A DNA stretch of 63,514 nucleotides, filler included, from Rhabdomonas costata (taxonomy: Eukaryota), in the NCBI GenBank assembly GCA_019059605.1. It is 50 parts of 50 records of this genome, joined end to end, with 100 filler letters (N's around TTAATTAATTAA, not from the genome) between each part and the next. Parts side by side here need not be neighbours in the genome. Positions count along the whole stretch, not along the records: positions 12,726 to 13,898 come from JAHMHO010025098.1; positions 13,999 to 15,171 come from JAHMHO010025099.1; positions 15,272 to 16,444 come from JAHMHO010025100.1; positions 16,545 to 17,717 come from JAHMHO010025101.1; positions 17,818 to 18,990 come from JAHMHO010025102.1; positions 19,091 to 20,263 come from JAHMHO010025103.1; positions 20,364 to 21,536 come from JAHMHO010025104.1; positions 21,637 to 22,807 come from JAHMHO010025105.1; 42 more parts are not named here. One strand, given 5' to 3'. Of the stretch, positions 13,780 to 22,807 are shown in pieces (position 1 is the stretch's first letter; each line of letters opens with the position of its first letter). The notes beneath the pieces were generated by a model that was not told where the DNA came from, searched no databases, and was given only the letters and a program-made list of their open reading frames with translations. The translations under genes and the position numbers were made by a program.

Positions 13780-14332
13780 TCAAACCCCACTCCGCATTCT
13801 CCACCTGTGCGCTCTTCTGTGCTCTTCTGCCTTCCAAAAGGCTGCTCGCCGTTTGCCAACTGCTGCGCCGCGGTTGACCAAACCTGCTCCACAACCCCNN
13901 NNNNNNNNNNNNNNNNNNNNNNNNNNNNNNNNNNNNNNNNNNTTAATTAATTAANNNNNNNNNNNNNNNNNNNNNNNNNNNNNNNNNNNNNNNNNNNNAT
14001 GGTGAGGTGAAGCAAAGACAGAGAACTAACTGTTGGAGATTACTCGCCGCACCTTTGCTGCCGTTTCTGCTCGGTAGGATCGGCTTTCGGCGACAAGCAC
14101 ACGTGCCATCATTTCAGGAATCACGAAAGGTAGAAAACAAATGAGAGTCCTGTCTCGTAGTAATGGTATCTCAGAAGATTAAGGGGCTGTGAAAATGCAC
14201 CCCTGCCCGAAGCTTATCCGCTGCCCCGTCCCATACGAGTGCGTGAGAATACAGCTGTCGTCCTTTTTTCATTCACTTTTCTGTCTGTAAACAGCCTTTT
14301 GGAGGGGCCAGGATGAAATGGGGCAGCGCAAC

Positions 14333-15155
14333 CTTTCCAGGGAGATGAAAGACAGTTCGCACTTCGAGACTTCGGCGAAGCGCGAAGGGGAGGCCAGCAG
14401 GCTGTCCCCGTCCTCCTCCTCAAACCTAAGCAGGGCCTGTGACATATATACAGCGAAACAAAAACTGCGGTAGATATTGTCTATTTATGAGGGAACAACC
14501 ACTTGTCAAAAGGACGAGTATAGGTGTGAAGCAGCAGGTCTCCTCCTCCCTGCCGTTTTACGGGGCGATGTAGCGACTGACAGCCGACGAAGTCCAAAGC
14601 CCTTACCCACGAAACGAAACAGTGCAACTCTAGCGCGAGCTGCCGTGTGAAATGAAGCTCGAACTGACACATAACCGAACACCCACATACACATACCTAC
14701 ACAGAGCTGGGTGGGAGCTGGGTAAAATTACGGTTCGAATACTGTCAGACACTGAAATCGGCTCGAATCCATACCACGGCAACTCTGGCCCCACCCCAAA
14801 CAGGAAACATGGGGGTCAGCAGGTGCCTGGTAGGGGAAATAAGTTACCCTAGGTCTCGAGCACTCGCGAAACTTGAGATGATGGCTGAGACAGGTCTCTA
14901 ACAGACACGTTCTTAAGTTTCACACAAACATACCAGCATGTCCATTCCAAAGGCCAATCGAGATAGCGAGACGGTCAGCAGCCAGGTGATCAGCACCGCG
15001 CACAGCAGGGCGGCGACCACGACGACGACCAGGAGGATGGTCATGTTGGTGTTGGTGCGGCGGATGTCGGCCAAAGTGGACGCCGTGTTTGCCTCAATGG
15101 GCCCCATCGTCGATTCGCGGTCCACCAAAAGGACGAGATTCACCCGCAGCCCCAT
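14333..15155 (-). CDS. Membrane sensor/receptor: transmembrane helix plus HAMP-like linker (receptor cyclase or histidine kinase type)
   Basis: Exon 15155-14934 has a TM helix (ILLVVVVVAALLCAVLITWLL) followed by TVSLSRLAFGMDML. Exon 14425-14333 gives SPSRFAEVSKCELSFISLE, like a second HAMP helix. The phases imply a small intervening exon that I did not locate. Confidence 0.65.
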
Positions 15156-15494
15156 CTGTACGGATCCCCACNNNNNNNNNNNNNNNNNNNNNNNNNNNNN
15201 NNNNNNNNNNNNNNNTTAATTAATTAANNNNNNNNNNNNNNNNNNNNNNNNNNNNNNNNNNNNNNNNNNNNGTGGGGGTGGAGGGGCAAAAAAAGTGGAA
15301 AAATAAAACTGTTTTTGCCCCTCCCCCCCCTCCCGCTTGGTGTCCCTCCCTCTGGTAATAGTGAGGTCAAAATGGCGGCGCATTCACTCTCATACTAGAG
15401 ACAGGAGCATTTGGAAATTTAACGGATATAAGGGGATTACGGTCTCAAGACGAAAGTAACCAGGAAAAACGAAAGATGTTTATTTCGAGCGCAC

Positions 15495-16150
15495 CTGCTC
15501 GGGAAGCTCCCAGTTGTGGTCGGCAGCGATCTTAGCCAGCAGCGGATGAGGCAGAGAGGTCATAATGCCTGCTCCATCACCTGTGAATGCCGCAAAAAGG
15601 AGACTGTTTTCCTTTGTCACACAATTCGCCGTTCACAATCGTTTCCGTTTCCCAAGCCTAAATTTTCCCTCTCCTTGCAGAAGCAATGCAAAGCGCTAAT
15701 TGTTCGATAACTTCAGCGCTCTTTCATATGAAAAAGTTCGATTTTTCGCTCTTCATGATGTCCCTTTGCAATTCTGTTGTGAACCACAGAATGTACTAAA
15801 CTGAAGTCGAAAAGAAAAGCACAAACCGGTCAGAGGATCGGCACCAAGAGCCCCACGGTGAACCATACAGAGCACGCACTGAGAAGCATCGTCCAAAACT
15901 TTCCGTGTTGCGTTGCCTTTGATGTTGACAATGAAACCGACACCACAGGCATCCTGCGAAAAAATGGTGGCAGTCAGGGGTCTGACAAACGAACCGAACA
16001 CCAAATTATTGCACTCCAAACTTGGCCAACTTGACAAGACTTCCAATAGAACAAAAGCGCAAACAAAATGATTGTGGCGAACCTTTTCATGGTCAGGGTT
16101 GTACAGCCCCACCTTCTCGGGAATTTTGTTGAACGCAAACTGTTCAGATT
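15495..16150 (-). CDS. GLT1: Glutamate synthase (GOGAT) large subunit/NADH-GOGAT, N-terminal glutamine amidotransferase exons
   Basis: Exons 16150-16083, 15953-15827 and 15580-15495 splice to IPEKVGLYNPDHEK|DACGVGFIVNIKG...MVHRGALGADPLT|GDGAGIMTSLPH, the canonical CGVG/HRGA/GDGAG motifs. Confidence 0.96.
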
Positions 16151-16781
16151 CTGCAGAAAAGCAGTATGCACTCCTACGTGGAGGAGAAAAAAGTAGAGGA
16201 ACGAAAAAATTTCCCCTTTAGTTGATTTCAGTAATTAACAGAAATAAACCACATACTGCTGGTTGCGGAGGAGATATTAAGTTGTGGAAAATGGAAGTGA
16301 AAGCCTAATAAATTAAAAATAAAAACCTTCTTTTTAATCTGTAAAATTTCAAGGAAAAGGTTTGGATGGTTGACCATGGCATACTTTGTGAATCCATTGC
16401 AGTAGGAACTGCAATGGATTCACAAAGTATGCCATGGTCAACCCNNNNNNNNNNNNNNNNNNNNNNNNNNNNNNNNNNNNNNNNNNNNTTAATTAATTAA
16501 NNNNNNNNNNNNNNNNNNNNNNNNNNNNNNNNNNNNNNNNNNNNGGGGTTTTGGGGAGTCTCATAAGTCCTGGTAAGTGTCTTCATTACTTTATTACACT
16601 GAGGTTTCGTTCTGGGTAACTGGTTTTGTTATGAGCTTGCGGCTTAGGTGACTGGAAGGTGAAAGGTCGAAATCCTTTCAATTGCCGACTCGAGGCGGGA
16701 ATAAACTCGAACTCCTGTTTCAAGCGAACATAATCTTTGGGAATCCAAGTAACTAATTTCGAATTATTTCATAACTGCCAG

Positions 16782-17606
16782 GCAACGCTGCCCCGCTGGA
16801 TCTGCGCAAGGAGATGGGCTTAGCGATGGACTCTCTGACGGGCAGGGGGCCCACAAGCATGTATCTGGGCCTGTACGGTGGTCAGTTTCTGGGCTTGGAC
16901 ACAGACATCATAACCGGTGCCCTCAAGTGGTCCGTGAGTAACAACGCAACGGGCTTCCATTATGGCTATTTCCCGGCGACCGCACCTTCCAATTGCACCG
17001 TTGACGATAATTGTCCGGTGGAGGTCCTTTGGAAGGATTCTGAATGGCAACGCCGCTACAATGAGCTCAGCGTGAGCACGGTGCCCTTCAACTCCACTGC
17101 TCGGGCATGTTTTTCTTTTGGTTAAGTGTTTCGTGAATGTGAATAATAATAGCATCGGATTCGGAGCATTTGCAGAATCTTGGTCCAGATTTGCTTGCAA
17201 ATAATTCTTGGCGTCAGTCGACGGGAGCTGACCGGAGAGGCATCAATAATGGATCGGATTGTGAAGAAAAAGAAACAAAACTATTGGCGCTGGTACCTTG
17301 GTGTTAGCCAACCACATGTGTATTTGGAAAGATAGTTGGTTGGGGGGTCGACACAGCCGCTGTGACAGCGGCTCTTCTTTGCGTACGCATGCGCATTTCT
17401 TACAGTTGTGGTATGAGAGCGCTGTAGCGGCAAGAAAGCCAGTGACCTTCGCCCCTGTTTACGCTTCTCTGCTCCCTTCTGGGGGCACCAGTGGGGTCAC
17501 ACTGGCCCTTCCCGCGGTGGCTCCTGTAAAGTTTCCTTCTGGTGAGGTCAGAGCTGTGGCAGCTAGCGAGTGTACGGTGAATTATTTTGACAGCTTCTTG
17601 AAGCAG
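16782..17606 (+). CDS. Extracellular dCache-type sensor domain of a receptor protein
   Basis: SMYLGLYGGQFLG...PFNSTAR|LWYESAVAARKPVTFAPVYAS...APVKFPSGEVRAVAASECTVNYFDSFLKQ matches the Cache pattern 'RxWY..A......F..VY...PV...G.V.AV'. Exons 16782-17104 and 17406-17606. Confidence 0.8.
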
Positions 17607-17834
17607 GTGCGGAGGAGGGGCAGAAGGATTTCTTTTGATGGATTCACTATCACACTTACCCTGAACCTTCTACACCTGCACCTGCCCTTCCCGTCTTCTC
17701 ATTATTCACCCCAACAANNNNNNNNNNNNNNNNNNNNNNNNNNNNNNNNNNNNNNNNNNNNTTAATTAATTAANNNNNNNNNNNNNNNNNNNNNNNNNNN
17801 NNNNNNNNNNNNNNNNNGGGTTGGGGGGGTGCAG

Positions 17835-18767
17835 AGAGGCGACGCTTCGCAGCGCGTCGCTTGTTGGCGCCAGCCTCGTAGGTGCTGCTCGCCATTGGCT
17901 TGTTTTTGTATGTGTCATAAATTAATTATCAAATGTAAGCCCCAACCGGGAAACCTAGAGATCAGCATGTGACATTCCTATCTTCCTTCTAGTCGTTTTC
18001 CCCTGCATTCATGCTGCTGGCCTCAGATGGGTGCCTTGCAGCGGAGATCCTTTACCCCGATTTTCCTGCGTAGCGTACCCAACTGTTGCATCATGTTTTA
18101 GACCGTGCAAAAAGCAACTCCTGTGTGGGAAGCGTACTGTATGTATTCAAACGTACATTTATTTGTATTTCTATAAATATGTAAATATAGCGTTGTCAAA
18201 GCGTTTATACAGCCGTCGTTTTCGAATTGAACCTTCCGGCCCGCGTCGTTTCGATTGCTCCGGCCTTGCAGTCGGTGGGGTTGCCTTTTCAAGCTTCCAT
18301 TTGATATTGTTTGTTTTGTATCACTGTCCGTCGTTTGTTCGCCTTGTTTGCAGTGATCGGGGGCTCCTGCAAGTCCTTTGTCGGAGCTCAGGGCATTGTC
18401 CTAAAGGACCGTACTCGCACGTTGCAGATCATCACCCCACAGAACCGCCTCAAAGGTCTGGTGGTTGGCGTTTTTTTTGGCCGTTCCTCCTACCGCTTGG
18501 GTGAACGCCAGTTTCTCCTCCCTTGGGCAGTCAAAATCCGCCGCCGCGGAATCGGTGCAAAAAAAAAAGCGCACACTCAGGCACCAGAGCTTGTGTGAGG
18601 GAAGTGTACGACTTTCTTCCACAGTTCTCCCGAAGGCCGTTGTGGAGTACTCCGTTGTTTTCCCTGACCTCACGGAGCTTTGCTTTGGCCCCGTTCCCGC
18701 CCGAATTTGCTCCGGGAAGCCTGCTGGTCCAGGTTCCGCGCAGCCACAGCAGCGACTCCCCGAATGA
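17835..18767 (+). CDS. POP4: RNase P/MRP protein subunit POP4/Rpp29, C-terminal exons
   Basis: Exons ending 17881, 18354-18455 and 18625-18767 splice to LRSASLVGASLV|VIGGSCKSFVGAQGIVLKDRTRTLQIITPQNRLK|VLPKAVVEYSV. This parallels the POP4 pattern 'ADLHGA.I.V..S.CPS.VG..GI.L.ET...F.IIT..D.LK.IPK'. Confidence 0.82.
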
Positions 18768-19173
18768 GAACCGTGGGGCTTGGACGATTATTGCCGAAGT
18801 CAAGCTGGTGCCTGTTGTCTCGGTGCTTGCAATGCTGTTATGAAGTTTTGTAGCGCCTCTTATGCGCGGCATGCGTTCGGTGCCGCTCTGGGCTTTGGGT
18901 AAGGGGCTGTGGCAAACGAGCGGCAGAGGATTCGGCCTGTTCGGCTGACTTGGCCTACTGGCGCTCGTTTGCCACAGCCCCTTACCCAAANNNNNNNNNN
19001 NNNNNNNNNNNNNNNNNNNNNNNNNNNNNNNNNNTTAATTAATTAANNNNNNNNNNNNNNNNNNNNNNNNNNNNNNNNNNNNNNNNNNNNGGGTTTGTGG
19101 AAGCCACCAAAACGAGGAGGGGCAAAAGCCCCCGCCAGCGCAGGCGAATCTGATGGTGGTGACAGGGAAGCAC

Positions 19174-20159
19174 CTGAGAGATGATGCTTTGACGCTCTCC
19201 CTCGGTAGCGATGTTGTCCCAGTCCACGTTGCCCTCATAGGTCACGGGGTGGAAGACGTTCACCGCCTCCACGGCGGCGGGCCCGCGCTGCTTGAACCCG
19301 AACACCAGGTCCACCCACTCGTCCAGGTGAGCGCTGACGAAGTCGCTCTCCAGGGCCTCGCGGTGCAGCCTCACAAACTCCGCCGCGGAGCCCTTGGCCC
19401 ACGGGGGAAGCTCCACGTCGCCCAGCTGCTCACCGCTCTGCTTGCGACCCAGGTTGACCTTATTGAGGTTCTGCAACACGGCGGGGTTGTGGAAGAGCTC
19501 CGGAACGAGCTCCTTGACATTGCTTACCCCCTTGGTGCAGTTGTCCCAGGTCTTCTTCATGGAGAAGAACAACCTGTGGTGGAGTGAGCCTACAAAATGT
19601 GCTCAGAAAACTGTGTTGAGCGCTTTTTCAATGTCGGTGTCAAAATGACTGTCGAACTGACACACGCAATGAGTTATTTTCAAACCAAACTTGAGCAAAA
19701 GCTACTTAGCGACCCTGGTATACCGCCCCGACAAAGAACCATCGTTCTTCTCAGTCACTTCCTCCGTTTGAAAAGTACCGCGGAATTTGCCCCGTCATTT
19801 TGTTTCCGTGCAAAGGTGCCAAGCACTGGGTCCCCCATAACAAAACCCCGCTCGAAAACACCAGTCCATAGCAAAATCCACCACACAGCGACCATAACTC
19901 GCCGGAAGCAATTCAGCGAAAAAGGTCCGACCAACCCATGGGCCCCAAGACACCCATACGAGCTGCTGTCAACGACTTCCCTGATCCCTTGAACGCAAGG
20001 GGAAAGATGAGAAAAACAGGGTGGGTCTATTTGCATCCCCGTCTGCCCAACCTGTCGGCGTGGTCAATCTTTCCACTCTGAAGCAAGATGTGGTAGCTGG
20101 TGAAGGGCTCCAGCCGGAGCAGGTAGAACATTACAAACCCAGCACTGCTGTAGTGTGAC
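19174..20159 (-). CDS. BEACH-domain protein (neurobeachin/LYST family)
   Basis: Exons 20159-20052 ([20 protein letters not shown]...DHADR) and 19573-19174 (VKELVPELF...[10 protein letters not shown]...[28 protein letters not shown]...[10 protein letters not shown]). Confidence 0.97.
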
Positions 20160-21636
20160 CTGTGAAGAAAACCAAAGGCACCATACACCCTCAAATCAAA
20201 TGAAGACAATCAAAGGCATCCTCAATATAAATTGCAGCATGCCACCACGTAACAAAACCCCACNNNNNNNNNNNNNNNNNNNNNNNNNNNNNNNNNNNNN
20301 NNNNNNNTTAATTAATTAANNNNNNNNNNNNNNNNNNNNNNNNNNNNNNNNNNNNNNNNNNNNCATCTTGGGGTGCCTGTTTTTGTGTGCTCCGTTTTTC
20401 CGGCTTCTGTGTGTTCTCCCCGTGCGTTACTTTGGTGGGCAGACGCTATCCAGGTTTTACTAATACTCTAGCAGTTAATTATTACTTAACACGGGTGGTG
20501 CGGATTGATTGCTGTCTTCTCGAGACTTCGGTTGGAGCGGTTCCTGACCCGTTCGAGTGTCTGTTGATGATAATACAGTCGAGTGGCTGGGCTGGATAAC
20601 AGTCAACAGGTGGTTGCTGAAGCAGCGGTTGCGCCGTCAGATTTCCGTTCTTCTGTGTTCTTCTGCTTGTGTTTCTGTGGTTCCATGATGCCATGATGCC
20701 ATGATGTGGTTCCCTGCAGCCTAAGAAGAAGCCTCCGGCGCGCTCGGTGTGGATCCGGGTGGGCTCCGGGTCCCCCCTCCCTACGGACCCCTTGCTGCAC
20801 CGGTTGCTGATTGCCTTCCTCTCCGACTACCATCTCGTCGGAACCTCCCTTCTGCCCCATGGTCCGTGCGTGTGGTGATCCGTCTCTTTTTTCCTTTAGG
20901 GTTCCAATTCTTTGTTCCATCATTGGCTACAATTTGTGCGAAAACCTCTGTGAACGTCTTCACTCCATTTTCGTCATCAATCTATCATATGTTATCAGCG
21001 GCCTCTCTCAACGCGGATGAAATTAGCATAAAGAGAATACCAAGAAAGGTCACACAACACAGGGAAAACCAGTAAATCAAAAAAGTTATTTGTTACACGT
21101 TTACGCTTTCTCTCGCTTTCTCTCTCGCTGGGTGCATTTGTGCATGTTCTGGTGCACACTGTTCTAGCCGCAGGGTGCAGCGCCATGCATCTTGGCCATG
21201 CGCCTGATGAAGAATCACCTGAATCATCTTTGAGATGATTTACAATATGAAAAGAGACTGCAAGCCACCTAGTAGCCTGCTAACCACCCCCTTTGCCCAT
21301 CCCGAGCACATAGCATACTCGCATGCAATGGTTGCGTTTGAGATGGCGCATCATCAGTGTGTTGTGCAAAATGTGCTTCTGTGAATGTCGGCGCATTCGA
21401 ATTGTTAAGTGGCCGAGCAAGAGTCTCTTCTGTGGAATACCCGGGAAATGGTTTTGTTTAAGTGAAACAAGGGTAGGTATTGCAGGTTTTCGGTTTCTTT
21501 TCGATCCAATTCTTGTATCATTAATCACAACCAACCNNNNNNNNNNNNNNNNNNNNNNNNNNNNNNNNNNNNNNNNNNNNTTAATTAATTAANNNNNNNN
21601 NNNNNNNNNNNNNNNNNNNNNNNNNNNNNNNNNNNN

Positions 21637-21911
21637 GTTTGTGTTACTCCTTCAGTCTTGGGCGTGATGTCCACCTCGTGCATGAACTGGCTGATGTGGC
21701 TCACGCGGCTTGCGAGCTGCTCCAGCACATCGGCCTCGGGCGAGTTGACCTGCAGGTCGTAGAGCTCGCCGTTGTCGTGAAGGCCCGCGACGTCGAGCGC
21801 TGCTTGCAGGATCTCCACCTTGAGGTCTTCGGGGATGGTGCGCAGGTCAACGAACCGCAGGCGTTCATTGCCGTAGCGTTCCTGGTGGATGGGATTGATG
21901 GGCTTGCTCAC
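21637..21911 (-). CDS. Prokaryotic/phage hypothetical protein, truncated by the contig end; translationally coupled to the small Arc-like gene
   Basis: GTG start overlaps the upstream TGA (GTGA); AAGGA Shine-Dalgarno-like motif just upstream; strong G/C third-position codon usage; no introns. Confidence 0.75.
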
Positions 21912-22069
21912 TGCTGGTTTCCTTTCTGGGCGAGAGCGCGTTCGACAGCGCGGACGATGAAGCTGTTCAAGCTGATGTGCTGCGTGTCGGCCCGCTCCTT
22001 GGCCTTGTCCTGGAGGACTTGCGGGATCCGCAAGGTGATCCGGGCTTGCTGCGCGGTCTGCTGGCTCAT
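21908..22069 (-). CDS. Small Arc-family ribbon-helix-helix DNA-binding protein (53 aa)
   Basis: MSQQTAQQARITLRIPQVLQDKAKERADTQHISLNSFIVRAVERAL fits the RHH pattern (beta strand xTLRxP, helix, SLN..I helix). AAGGAG lies at 22084-22079, 9 nt before the ATG. Confidence 0.88.
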   Translation of the reverse strand: MSQQTAQQARITLRIPQVLQDKAKERADTQHISLNSFIVRAVERALAQKGNQQ

Positions 22070-22088
22070 GCTTGATAGCTCCTTGTTA

Positions 22089-22168
22089 GACACTGTTTTG
22101 GTGTCGTGAGTGCATTGTGGATGTGACACAGTTTTGGTGTCAATGGTTTGTGACACTGTTTTGGTGGA
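22089..22168. promoter_or_regulatory. Three 17-bp operator-like dyad repeats (GACAC-N7-GTGTC)
   Basis: GACACTGTTTTGGTGTC at 22089-22105, GACACAGTTTTGGTGTC at 22125-22141 and GACACTGTTTTGGTGGA at 22152-22168, all within the 110-bp gap between two divergent regulator genes. Confidence 0.85.
22114..22143 (-). promoter_or_regulatory. Sigma70-type promoter for the small Arc-like operon
   Basis: On the minus strand, a perfect -35 TTGACA (22143-22138), an 18-nt spacer and -10 CACAAT (22119-22114), placed about 45 nt upstream of the ATG. Confidence 0.7.
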
Positions 22169-22179
22169 AAATTGCCGCC

Positions 22180-22656
22180 ATGAACGACGATGACCGCTAC
22201 ACCCGCATCACGCTGCGCCTCCCCAAAGACCTTCATCGCCGGCTGTCTGCACAAGCCGATTTGAAGTCTCACAGCCTCAACGCGGAGATCGTTGCAAACC
22301 TGGAATACGGCCTTCAGGCAGTGCAGCCGAAGGGTGAAGACGCCGAGGAGTTGCGCCACCTCCTCAAGGTCAATACGCTGCACGCCGAGTACCAAGCTCA
22401 TCTCACCCGCGCCATGCACTACGAAACGAGGCTCCAGATGATCGAGGACTCCATTGCCGAGGAGACGCGGCAGCTTCAGCGAGCCCAGAAGGAAGGGGAC
22501 ACAGCTGAGGCTGAGAGCATCCAGGAGCGTTTGGAGAAGTCGCGCTCCAAGATGATGGAAGGCCGCATTCAGGTGGCGAATGCGCGCGATATGGCCGCAG
22601 CTACCAAGCAAGCCATTACGGAGCTGCATCGAGACAATCTCAAAGGCGGCTCCTGA
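22180..22656 (+). CDS. Arc/Mnt-family RHH repressor with a long C-terminal coiled coil (158 aa)
   Basis: MNDDDRYTRITLRLPKDLHRRLSAQADLKSHSLNAEIVANLE is a typical Arc domain (LRLPxxL...SLNAEIV..LE). It is followed by a helical E/Q/A/R-rich region; G/C-biased codons. Confidence 0.9.
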   Translation: MNDDDRYTRITLRLPKDLHRRLSAQADLKSHSLNAEIVANLEYGLQAVQPKGEDAEELRHLLKVNTLHAEYQAHLTRAMHYETRLQMIEDSIAEETRQLQRAQKEGDTAEAESIQERLEKSRSKMMEGRIQVANARDMAAATKQAITELHRDNLKGGS

Positions 22657-22736
22657 GCGATACGACGTCCAGGGCACACGGCTCCGACTGATTCGGCGCC
22701 GGATGCCCAAAGAGTTTGGAGATGATGCGTGCTGCA

Positions 22737-22807
22737 TCACACACCCCTTCCGACCAGGCGCTCGGTCAGCGGACGCTCCTGGTACTCGCCGAAGGCCCCA
22801 CCAAACC
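22737..22807 (-). CDS. 3' end of a convergent prokaryotic-type gene (unknown)
   Basis: The frame ...AFGEYQERPLTERLVGRGV* has G/C-ending codons and runs in from the contig end to a TGA at 22739-22737. Confidence 0.4.

Noticed and set aside
14333-17606. Apparent clustering of HAMP, glutamate synthase and Cache genes
   Set aside because: They lie on different contigs; adjacency in this window has no biological meaning.
21637-22069. HicB/RHH antitoxin followed by a toxin
   Set aside because: The downstream ORF is acidic and shows no HicA, RelE, PIN or MazF motifs that I can see. Not excluded without a profile search.
22089-22168. Three direct repeats as a mini-CRISPR array
   Set aside because: The repeats are 17 bp with gaps of 19 and 10 nt, too short and uneven, and there are no cas genes; operator sites fit better.
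22066-22740. 224-aa minus-strand ORF and other long antisense ORFs in the track
   Set aside because: Shadow frames of G/C-rich genuine genes; the opposite strand carries the recognisable motifs.
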